From contig LBYD01000001.1 of assembly GCA_000995965.1 (NCBI GenBank), positions 207,265-271,264 of the forward strand: a stretch of 64,000 nucleotides of DNA, written 5' to 3'. The notes beneath the pieces are model-generated. The model was not told the origin of the DNA. It saw only the letters and a list, made by a program, of their open reading frames with translations, and did not search any database. A program made the translations under genes and the position numbers. How positions within the stretch are numbered: position 1 is the stretch's first letter; each line of letters begins with the position of its first letter. Positions 38,170 to 46,393 of the stretch are shown piece after piece. This DNA is from Candidatus Moranbacteria bacterium GW2011_GWC2_40_12. Its GTDB lineage: Bacteria; Patescibacteriota; Minisyncoccia; Moranbacterales; UBA11712.

Positions 38170-38913
38170 CTAGTACCTGTCTCTGCCTTTTCCGCCGGGG
38201 GAGCATCCTCCGCCGCCGCCATGGCCACCATGGTCTTTGTGCCCTTTTTCGGGCCCTTTGTTGAATGTGACCCCGAAGTCCTTAACCACGGGGTTTGCCG
38301 AATTGTTGATTTCGGCATTGGATCTGGAATCACCTCCATACCCAGTTCCAGTTCCGGTGGCACTAACTGGGCCGCTGCCGGCGCCAGAAGCTGTGACCTG
38401 CGTAGTTTCGTTGAAGACATCAGGCCTCAACGCTCCGAAGGCCTTGAACCAGGAGAAGCCGTAGATAGCCGCTGACCCCCAATCCCGAACCAGTCGGATC
38501 ACCTCGGCCATAATCTTCGGCCCAGGCGCCGAAGTCTTGTGATCGAACTTGTGAAAAATTTCTACTACGTACTCGAACCTCACCTTGCCCGGAGCCCAAA
38601 TCAGGAACTGCTCCCAGCCCTGCTTTACTTGCTCAACTTGCTCGGGCAGGGGACATTTTCCTGTCTGATTATACCACTCGAGCTTGATGATTTTTTCCAC
38701 CTGTTCGGTGGAGGGCTTCAGCTGGATCAACGCCTGGAAGCCCTGGACAGCCCCATCATGCCAAGTAGGGCTATAGATGTGAATAGCCGACTTAACATAC
38801 ACTCCGGGAGCCAGGTCGATGGTCTCAATGGAAATGCCTTTTTCCTCCCCATAGGAAAACAAGGGGGTAAATAGGATCATAATCGCGCAAAGCAGAGAAA
38901 TCAAACTTTTCAT
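38170..38913 (-). CDS. secreted hypothetical protein, Gly-rich C-terminus
   Basis: Signal peptide. Noticeably higher GC than the surrounding genes. Gly/His-rich tail. Confidence 0.4.
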   Translation of the reverse strand: MKSLISLLCAIMILFTPLFSYGEEKGISIETIDLAPGVYVKSAIHIYSPTWHDGAVQGFQALIQLKPSTEQVEKIIKLEWYNQTGKCPLPEQVEQVKQGWEQFLIWAPGKVRFEYVVEIFHKFDHKTSAPGPKIMAEVIRLVRDWGSAAIYGFSWFKAFGALRPDVFNETTQVTASGAGSGPVSATGTGTGYGGDSRSNAEINNSANPVVKDFGVTFNKGPEKGHKDHGGHGGGGGCSPGGKGRDRY

Positions 38914-39995
38914 GATACACCTCTCTTTTCCACCTTAGTGGGGATAAATTCTTTCATGCCCTCGGGACAGGATCCCAAAGAGCCAAACACAGGGTGAACG
39001 AACATCCGCCCTGATTTGCTCCGGCCAAAAAACAAGATCTCTTGAACAGGTTTCTCCGCATACTCGATATTACCAGTGTGCGGGTCAACCCTGGTTAATT
39101 GCGTCCCCGTATCGACCCATTGGCCGCACGGAGATTTCTGCGGATATTGGTAGTATCCTCTTTCCACCTGATAGGCGGATTTAAACTCTCTGTCTGAGGC
39201 GTTTGCCGCCGGAGGCGCTGGAGTTGTCAAAGCTCTTGGCATAGCCCTAGGTTCAGGAAGCTTAGGCAGTTGTGGTAACGCCCGAGGCTCTGGCGGCATG
39301 GGTGGAGCCGGCGGGAAAGGAATGACCCTTGCCATATCTGGAGCCGGTGGCTTCGATGCCGCCGGCGGGATTTTGGGGAAAGTCGGGGTCTGCATAGACT
39401 TGTCAAACAGCTCATAATCATTTTGGAGTGAGACGCGTTTTTTGAAGCGTTTTTTGACTCGTTTTTTTAACTTTGTCGGTTTGGCCGGCTGGGTCGCTTG
39501 CGCGGGTGCCGGAGGCGGCGAAATTGCCGCGAGATTGGGTATGACCACGGGTTTGGTGTAATTCCACTCACCCGTAAAGATCCACCTGGCGCCTTGACCT
39601 AGTCTCGTCCAAAAAGATGGAGACTGAACCGGCTTGAAGGCCGTACCCGTCATGGGCGCTTTGGCCGCAGCTGAAATAATAATTTTGGTGGCTTTTTTGC
39701 TTTTGCTTGGCTGCTTTTTTGAAAGCTTTTTTTCCTTCGCCGAAGCGCTCGCTTTCGGCAAACGGACTTTTTTTGCCACAACGGCCTTTTTTGCCGGGGT
39801 GGCCCAGGTCAGGGAAACACCTTCTCCCTTTTTAACCCAACCGACGGAGTCAATTACCTGTCCGTCAGTACCGGTAGTCAGATAGGGTATACCCCCTATC
39901 ATGTGCTTCCGGACCTTGGCATCCGCGCTGTTCGCAAAAATGGAAATTATCGCGACAACTGCCAAAGCCAGCAAGAAAAATGACTTTCTGGCCAT
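38910..39995 (-). CDS. secreted Pro/Ala-rich hypothetical protein
   Basis: Signal peptide and Pro-rich repeats (PPAPPMPPEPRALPQLPKLPEPRAMP). High GC. Confidence 0.4.
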   Translation of the reverse strand: MARKSFFLLALAVVAIISIFANSADAKVRKHMIGGIPYLTTGTDGQVIDSVGWVKKGEGVSLTWATPAKKAVVAKKVRLPKASASAKEKKLSKKQPSKSKKATKIIISAAAKAPMTGTAFKPVQSPSFWTRLGQGARWIFTGEWNYTKPVVIPNLAAISPPPAPAQATQPAKPTKLKKRVKKRFKKRVSLQNDYELFDKSMQTPTFPKIPPAASKPPAPDMARVIPFPPAPPMPPEPRALPQLPKLPEPRAMPRALTTPAPPAANASDREFKSAYQVERGYYQYPQKSPCGQWVDTGTQLTRVDPHTGNIEYAEKPVQEILFFGRSKSGRMFVHPVFGSLGSCPEGMKEFIPTKVEKRGVS

Positions 39996-40423
39996 TTTTT
40001 TCCTCCGTATTTTTTATCTTTCCTTAGCAAAGCGAAGCATTTTTTTTCCAGTTCTGCCGGGGATAGACTTCATCAACACTGGCGCCTCTGCCGATGCTTT
40101 TGCTTTGCTCTATAGATTATTTGAGGCGAACACCTTGCGGCGCGCCATGTTTTCTCTTGACTCAATTGTCAAGGAGCTTTCCCCTGTTTCCAAGGGTTGG
40201 TTTTTCCAAAGCAGTTTTGAAAAAATCAACTTTCGGCAACAAATTCGATAGGGGAAATCAATATTTCAGGTTGTTTCCCGTGAGATATCGTCAAGATTAT
40301 TTGCTTTATAAATGCAATAATTTTGGCTATCTTCTTCTATATTTTTGAATTAAAATATTAACAGGTTAGTATACACCTATAATAATACTTTGTCAAGTGC
40401 AGTTGAGGTAGGGCCTTTCGAGG

Positions 40424-41794
40424 CTAAAAAATCATATCGCTTGTCAATTTTCCGCCTGTTTCGCCGCTCGTTCCATCTGCTCTGCGGACTTTGGCAGAAA
40501 AATCAACTTCGCCCGATCCGGATTGCTTCTGGACAAGCAGTTTGTAGTCTTCACGTGAGATATCTTCAGGAAGATTATATTTCAAAGTAATCGTTTTCGT
40601 CCCGCCCACCGGAACGAACACCTTCATTCCGAAAACCTTTTTCCCGAATTCCTGGGAAAAAACAACATCACCCTCCGGCCCGGATGATTCCTCAAGAAAA
40701 GAATTTTTGGGGACATAGACGCGGAGCCAGTCGCGATAGTCAGCCGTCATCCAATCTTTGGACCGGCATGTATGTTCATAGGTTATATTGAGTACCGCCT
40801 GGGGATTTTCACCTCCCATATCAGCGCTATAATCAATTTTTCGCCGCATGCAAATATCGCTTTTGAGCGCATTCATGTTCGCGTCAACGACCATAAGATA
40901 ATCTCCGTCAAATTCCTTCACTCTTCCGCCCCAGTTCATTTCATCAATTTCTTTCTGCAGCTGTTCGTCTTTGAAAAAAAACTGGATATCTTTTCTTTTG
41001 AGATGGCTTTCCATTCTTTTTCCAAGTTCCAGATTCTCGGAAATCGAAAATTTGTGGACTTTTTCAATGAGAACATCAGCCAGCTCGCCAAGTATGTTTT
41101 TTCGCTCTCCTTTGGCAATTCCCTGTTCCAAGAATCCCTTTTCCACCTGATATTCAAGCTGAAGAATAGCCGTCTGGTCGCTATATTGCCCCGGATAATC
41201 GTTGATTTTCACCGGCCCGGTGATCGCCAGAATGGAATTCAAAATATCAGTATTCACCGCGATAACGCCGTCAAAATTTTCCCCTCCCTCGCCGAACTTA
41301 TAGAAATACTCCGCTTTTTCGGCGTTCACTTTGAAATCCGGCGACCAGTTCGAATCGCGCATTTTCCAGGCTTTGATGCCGAGTATATCAGAAAAAGGAA
41401 CCGGCGGAGTTTCTGTCAACGGAATGCGCTGGTCAAAAATTCCTGTATCGTGAACGTCAAGGCCGGAAATTTTGCCATTTTTTGTTTTCACGATTCCGAA
41501 AGAGCCTATGAAACCGCCTCCCGGGCGAAGTTCCATGTCATTTTGAAAAAGGACGAGAAAAGTTTTCTCGCCGGAAAATCCTCCCATTTTATCGTATATA
41601 TTCGCCAAAACCGCAAGTTCATTTTTCCGTTCGGGTCCAACAGGCAAAATATTCGTGAGGGGTTTCAGGTTTTCGATGTTCCGGTTTTGGATTTGGAGAA
41701 AAATATACCAGCCAAAAAGCGCCAGCGCGGCCACGAGCCAGAAAATAATCCAGAATTTCCAGGTATATTTTCGACGAATTTTCGGATGATTCAT
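40424..41794 (-). CDS. DUF4012-like membrane-anchored protein
   Basis: N-terminal TM and ELRPGGGFIGSFG motif, as recalled for DUF4012. Adjacent to the polysaccharide cluster. Confidence 0.5.
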   Translation of the reverse strand: MNHPKIRRKYTWKFWIIFWLVAALALFGWYIFLQIQNRNIENLKPLTNILPVGPERKNELAVLANIYDKMGGFSGEKTFLVLFQNDMELRPGGGFIGSFGIVKTKNGKISGLDVHDTGIFDQRIPLTETPPVPFSDILGIKAWKMRDSNWSPDFKVNAEKAEYFYKFGEGGENFDGVIAVNTDILNSILAITGPVKINDYPGQYSDQTAILQLEYQVEKGFLEQGIAKGERKNILGELADVLIEKVHKFSISENLELGKRMESHLKRKDIQFFFKDEQLQKEIDEMNWGGRVKEFDGDYLMVVDANMNALKSDICMRRKIDYSADMGGENPQAVLNITYEHTCRSKDWMTADYRDWLRVYVPKNSFLEESSGPEGDVVFSQEFGKKVFGMKVFVPVGGTKTITLKYNLPEDISREDYKLLVQKQSGSGEVDFSAKVRRADGTSGETGGKLTSDMIF

Positions 41795-41853
41795 AACAGC
41801 TTAATTTAGCAGATTCAAGGCGCTTGTCAACTTTTTGGGGATAGATTATAATT

Positions 41854-42279
41854 ATGTCACGCTCAAATAATTTTAAGCTTATGGACACTCAAAAGCTTCT
41901 AGAAGCAATAAAAAAAGAAAATAGAAAAACGAAAGATGAAACAGTGAAAGAGCTGAAAGGATATGTCGGAGAAGAAATCGATAAACTGGCCACAATGACC
42001 CAAAAAGGATTTCTGGAAGTGGGTGGAAGAATGGATAAACTCGATGGCAGAATGGATGGGTTGGATGGCAGAATGGATGGGCTGGAGGGTGGCATGGGAG
42101 AATTGAAAGTCGGAATGAAAAACCTGCACAAACGAATGAATGTTTTGGAGGATAATCAGGAAGAAATCAAAACAAAGCTTGACGGCCTCGCTTATCGCTT
42201 TGAATTGGAAGAATTGAGAGTCCAGCACTCGAGGCGCTTGCGGGCTTTGGAGCTTAAAGTTGGCATCAAGCCGGCATAA
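41854..42279 (+). CDS. coiled-coil protein with tandem GRMDxL peptide repeats
   Basis: GRMDKLDGRMDGLDGRMDGLEGGMGEL is encoded by a 21-bp DNA tandem repeat (about 42026-42100). The true start is possibly the internal Met at 41881. Confidence 0.35.
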   Translation: MSRSNNFKLMDTQKLLEAIKKENRKTKDETVKELKGYVGEEIDKLATMTQKGFLEVGGRMDKLDGRMDGLDGRMDGLEGGMGELKVGMKNLHKRMNVLEDNQEEIKTKLDGLAYRFELEELRVQHSRRLRALELKVGIKPA

Positions 42280-42355
42280 AAGATAAACACAATACTCAAT
42301 ACTAAATATACTGTACTAAAAATGGCTTTCTTAAGCCTTTTTTGTTTATTTCGAC

Positions 42356-42384
42356 TTGACAAAGACGTACCAGCCTGCTATGCT
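42356..42384 (+). promoter_or_regulatory. near-consensus sigma70 promoter TTGACA-17-TATGCT
   Basis: Hexamers read directly, with an AT-rich UP-like segment upstream. Fires into the GC-rich island. Confidence 0.45.
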
Positions 42385-42439
42385 AGACACACAAAATCGC
42401 AATGTGCGATAGGAAAAGTATTATTACCAACCAAAAGAG

Positions 42440-43030
42440 AAGGAGATTCGCCATGCCCGACGTTTTTTTGAGTACCTGCGGCCAGTGCCACTTTTTCGAA
42501 TGCAACGCCAATATCGGCGCCCAGGGCCCCATCACCTGACCCAGGTGAGCCCCCGGCGCGGGCTGGCGGCCTTTCCGCCGGCCCTGCCATCGTGAAAGGA
42601 GAGTTTATTAACCCCGGCCATTGCGGCCGCCTGACCGGCCCGCCGCTAAAGCGGTGGTTTCGGAGGTGCCCCATGACCATCACCCGGTGCCACAGGACAG
42701 AGGTTCCTGGCTAGGCGCAGACAATCTTCGGCAGCGGCCCGCGTGAGGCGGCTGACGAGATTGCGTGTAGTGCCCCGCGGGGTGACTAAAAGACCGGCGG
42801 CTCAATCCCACTCTGGGAATAGGCCTGGCGGCAGCTGGTGTCGGTGCCGATCCACGGAGATCTGGCGCCCGCGGCCCAAAGAACGCCAGCAGAGCCCTCC
42901 CACATTCCGGCCCATCAGCCTGACCTTTCCGCGGAAGGCCGGGCCAACGTCCTCGCGGGTTGTGTAGCAAAAGCGGTGCGGCTGCTGGGAGACACTCCAA
43001 CCCCTCCCGGCGCCGCGCCGCCCTTTTTTA
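42440..43030 (+). other. about 600-bp GC-rich (about 65 % GC) non-coding island; candidate structured RNA or foreign-DNA remnant
   Basis: Strong compositional contrast with flanking DNA at about 35-40 % GC. Dense GC hairpins (cacctgacccaggtg, ggcggcctttccgcc, ccccgcgggg). All six frames translate to Arg/Pro/Ala-rich junk. Confidence 0.4.
42453..42539 (+). CDS. 28-codon Cys-rich sORF (MPDVFLSTCGQCHFFECNANIGAQGPIT)
   Basis: ATG preceded by AGAAGGAGA at -7. About 60 nt downstream of the predicted TSS. Not in the ORF track because it is under 60 aa. Confidence 0.3.
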   Translation: MPDVFLSTCGQCHFFECNANIGAQGPIT

Positions 43031-44198
43031 CGAAAAGTGATTTTGTTCTTTTTTTATCGCCTCTCCGGATAACGAGGCAAATTATCAATCATTTAGGAGC
43101 TTCCAGTATCACCCCAGCAGAACCGGATTTCTGCTGGTTTTTTTTGAAAATTAATCTTTTAAAATTTTTCTTGCTTCATTTTTCCACCTTCTTTGTTGAC
43201 AAGAGCCAAAAAACTGCTAAAATCAGAACTACCAGAGAACTCCCTTTCTTTGGTGGTGCTTGCGGAGCGCGGATATTGGAGCTGGAAGTCAACCTCCCCG
43301 TTAAGCGACAACTAGAATCTCTCTTGTCCGCGACTCCGCCTTATTTCAAAAGTTTCAGTTCTTTATTAGAACCGAGAAAATTCTCGGCAAAAAATTCTCA
43401 ATCGGATAATATTATCCAGGGCTGGCGTTCGTTCAGTTTCAATTTCTAGAATCAAATCTAGCAATTATAAAACGGCCGCCAGCCTCCCCTTCCTTACAAT
43501 CTGTAAGGTTTTTTATTTCTCGAAAATTTTCTTTTGCGGTTTTTTTGTTGCCGTGGTAGATTATGAACATCAGTGTTTGAGGGAGGTGATGATGAGGAAC
43601 GCTTTGGTAAGGAAAGGCTTCGTCTAACGACGAGCAACACGAAACTTCACCCAGCCGCCGCTGGAAGAATCGTGGATATCATTCAAGAATTCAACGACTT
43701 ACTCCGGCGGCGCAAACTTTTTCAGTTCTTGAGAAATATACGGGCTTTGCCGGGGAAAACAAGGTTGATACCCATACTCCTTTCAAGTTTTCGGTGCTTC
43801 TTCCTTTTTTCCGGCAGCCCGCCAGCTCTTCGTGAGGAGCCTCCAGGCGATCCGCGGCATACCCCTTCCGCGGAAAAACCCGGGCCTGATCCACACCCGC
43901 CAACGCTTCAAAGCTGGTTCCCCCCGGCAAAGGCGGTGAGAGGCTCTTCACGAACCCTTTCAAAAAGTTTGCAGATCCCTGGCGTTTTTTGCTCCCGGGG
44001 GAGAAAAATCGGTCGAGCGAAAAACGCCAAAACCACTAAAGGGCCCCGCAACTCGGGGAAGAGGTGACCAATGGACTTCCCGGCAATTTTTGCGGAAGAA
44101 CTAAGGAGGACGCCTATGAGGAAAAGCACAACTGAGATAACTGGCGCGTTAATCTTCAAAAAATATAACTGAAACAAAAGCACCCCGGGGCTCATGCC

Positions 44199-44226
44199 AC
44201 GGGGTAATTTTTATCCTAAGATCCGA
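44199..44226. repeat. 27-bp direct repeat with REP-like palindrome (left copy) ttttatcctaagatccgatcttgggat
   Basis: Identical to the copy at 44925-44951. Contains the palindrome cctaagatc-c-gatcttgg. Confidence 0.7.
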
Positions 44227-44242
44227 TCTTGGGATAGAGATC

Positions 44243-44917
44243 TTAGGATAGATTTTCAAGAATTAGCTTTTCGTCTTCCTTTTTTAACTTCGCCGCCTCA
44301 ACATTCTCTTTTGCAAAATTTTCATATTCTTTATTGTTTTTAAATTGGCTCCAAATCACTTCTCCGTTACATATATCGCTTTTACTCTTTCTTAAGAAGT
44401 TCGACAGACTGCTCCAGGGGTATTTTTTCGCGTCCGAAATATTGTGCACTTCGGCGTTGCAATTTACGTAGGCAGAAAGATAAAGAAGATGATGAGTCGA
44501 TTTGATGAGGCTAGACTTGCACTTCCCCTGAAACAAGACTCCACTGCGATTATATTTTTTGTTGAAATACATTGTGAATCCTATCCCTACTCTTTGCATA
44601 AATCTTTCAATACCATTTTTTGCAAGTTGTTCCAGGACAAAGTGATAATGATTCGGAAGCAGAGAAAAACAAACAATTTTAACCAGCGGATTTCTTTTCC
44701 TAAGATCCGATCTTAGGAAGGTTTCTACTGTCGCTTTTGGATAGGTTTTTTTGTGATCGCGCCAGCGTATCATGAGACCGTCTTGCTCGTCGTTCATAAG
44801 GCGCATTGAAAGCAAAAAGCGACGATAATCAAAATCATCTAGAAATATTTTTCTTTTATCGATTCCTCTATTGAAAATGTGGTAGTATTGATCTTTAATA
44901 AATTGCACTTTTCGCAT
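44243..44917 (-). mobile_element. REP-associated tyrosine transposase / IS200-like Y1 HUH transposase
   Basis: HUH motif LLPNHYHFVLE, downstream catalytic-Tyr region LLYLSAYVNCNAEVHN, and C-terminal YPWSS, characteristic of the TnpA_REP/IS200 family. Flanked by identical repeats. Confidence 0.75.
44698..44718. repeat. third copy of the palindrome (tcctaagatccgatcttagga) inside the transposase CDS
   Basis: Read directly. In-frame, encoding FLRSDLRK. Confidence 0.6.
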
Positions 44918-44924
44918 AGATTTA

Positions 44925-44951
44925 TTTTATCCTAAGATCCGATCTTGGGAT
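44925..44951. repeat. 27-bp direct repeat with REP-like palindrome (right copy)
   Basis: Identical 27-mer. Abuts the stop codon of the ABC permease gene. Confidence 0.7.
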
Positions 44952-44956
44952 GGCAA

Positions 44957-46342
44957 TTATTTACGCAGGGCTTCGATAGGCGAGAGTTTTGACGCTTTCC
45001 AGGCCGGATAAATTCCAAAAATGATGCCCGTGACAGCTGAAAAGCTGACCGCCACCAAAATTGTGCTCACTGGAACAGAGAACTGGAGAAAAAAACCAAG
45101 CCGGACCAAAAAACTGTTGAGAAGATACGTCGCCGCGATGCCTAAAATGATTCCCACGGCCCCCCCCAAAAGCGTGACAATGACGGCCTCAAAGAGAAAC
45201 TGGCGCAAAATCCCCGAACTTGAAGCGCCCACTGCCTTGCGAAGGCCGATTTCGCGCGTTCGTTCAGTGACCGCCACATACATGACGTTCATTATTCCCA
45301 CTCCGCCAACAATCAAGGAAATCGATGTGAGCGCGAGAAGAAGATAGTTTATCGTCCCGAAAACTTTGTCGATCATCGCTTTTCCCTCTGCCGCCGACAT
45401 GACGACAAAATCTTCCTTGTCCGGATCGGTGATATCATGCTCCTCGCGCATCACGTCGCGGATATCCACGGCCGTTTCTTCGATGCGCGAAGTGTCTTTC
45501 ACTTTGAAAGTGATAAACTGGACATAGTCAATGCCCATCAATTTCTTGTTGAGTGTTTTGAGAGGAATATAAATCGCGTCGTCAAAATTGAAAAATCCGG
45601 CCGCTCCCCGCTCGCGAACAACTCCGATGACGCGATAGCTTTGGCTTTTGATTTTGATATTTTTTCCGACCGCGTCCCCTTCCCCAAAAAAACTTTTTTT
45701 GACGCCCGCGCCGATAACCGCCACTTGAGCCGCGCCAGATTCGTCGCCCTCCGAAAAAAAAGCCCCATCCTCGAGCTGGATCTGGCGGTCAATTTCAGTG
45801 TAGCTGGGATTCACTCCGAAAAGAATCACCCGTTTATTCACGTTGGAATAGCTCACCAGCTCCTGGTCAATATTTCCAGCGCTCCAAAGCTTTATATTCG
45901 GGATTCTGGCCACTGCTTCCGCGTCTTTCTCTTTGAGCGTTGTGATTGCGAGGCCCGTCCCCCGCCCGGCAATATTTTCTGATGATGTTTCCGAGACTCC
46001 CGGCACTTTCACCTCAACTTGGACATAATCCGTTCCGAAAACCTCGATTTGCCCCAGGACATAGTTTTTGAGCCCCGCCCCGCCTGCCATCACAATGATG
46101 ACGGAAGTGATCCCGATCACGATTCCCAGCACCGTGAGCGCCGTGCGAAGCATGTTGGCGCGCAAGTTGCGAAACGCCAAACGAAACACCACTGTCCACT
46201 CGTGGGGAGAACGGATAGTGAGATGGAGAAGGGAGTGGAAAATATTTTTTATGCGAGATAAACTTTTCGCCATAAATATGTTCTCGTAATTTGCAATTGG
46301 CAATTTCGCTCGCTCTGCCTGCCGGCAGGCAAGTCGCTGCAA
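44957..46342 (-). CDS. ABC transporter permease, MacB/FtsX family
   Basis: FtsX C-terminal helices plus a periplasmic MacB-like domain. Confidence 0.75.
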   Translation of the reverse strand: MQRLACRQAERAKLPIANYENIFMAKSLSRIKNIFHSLLHLTIRSPHEWTVVFRLAFRNLRANMLRTALTVLGIVIGITSVIIVMAGGAGLKNYVLGQIEVFGTDYVQVEVKVPGVSETSSENIAGRGTGLAITTLKEKDAEAVARIPNIKLWSAGNIDQELVSYSNVNKRVILFGVNPSYTEIDRQIQLEDGAFFSEGDESGAAQVAVIGAGVKKSFFGEGDAVGKNIKIKSQSYRVIGVVRERGAAGFFNFDDAIYIPLKTLNKKLMGIDYVQFITFKVKDTSRIEETAVDIRDVMREEHDITDPDKEDFVVMSAAEGKAMIDKVFGTINYLLLALTSISLIVGGVGIMNVMYVAVTERTREIGLRKAVGASSSGILRQFLFEAVIVTLLGGAVGIILGIAATYLLNSFLVRLGFFLQFSVPVSTILVAVSFSAVTGIIFGIYPAWKASKLSPIEALRK

Positions 46343-46393
46343 TTCGGATAGGATTGCAGAAAATCCAAATTATGAATTACTGATTCCAAATCA

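Noticed and set aside
40372-40400. Hairpin gcct-TTCG-aggc near the DUF4012 gene 3' end, examined as a terminator.
   Set aside because: No U-run follows in the minus-strand orientation. Not called.
41824-41852. TTGTCA-17-TATAAT promoter-like element.
   Set aside because: Its -10 box abuts the annotated ATG at 41854, so either the gene starts at the internal Met (41881) or the match is fortuitous in AT-rich DNA. Not listed as a feature.
42440-43030. Tested whether the GC-rich island is RNase P RNA, tmRNA, SRP RNA, an rRNA fragment, a group I/II intron or a hammerhead ribozyme.
   Set aside because: No P4 strands (GGAAAGUCCGG / ACAGAANCCGGCUUA), no tRNA-like 3' end or tag-peptide reading frame, no group II domain V or GUGYG, no rRNA signature. 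A CUGACGAG hammerhead-like box at about 42750 lacks a correctly spaced GAAA/UH partner. Identity is left open.
42378-44067. ORFs of 90-203 aa inside the GC-rich island (42378-42683, 42680-43000, 42838-43449, 43573-44067).
   Set aside because: Translations are Arg/Pro/Ala/Gly-rich with no motif, overlap one another in different frames, and have composition typical of random high-GC DNA. The region is treated as non-coding.
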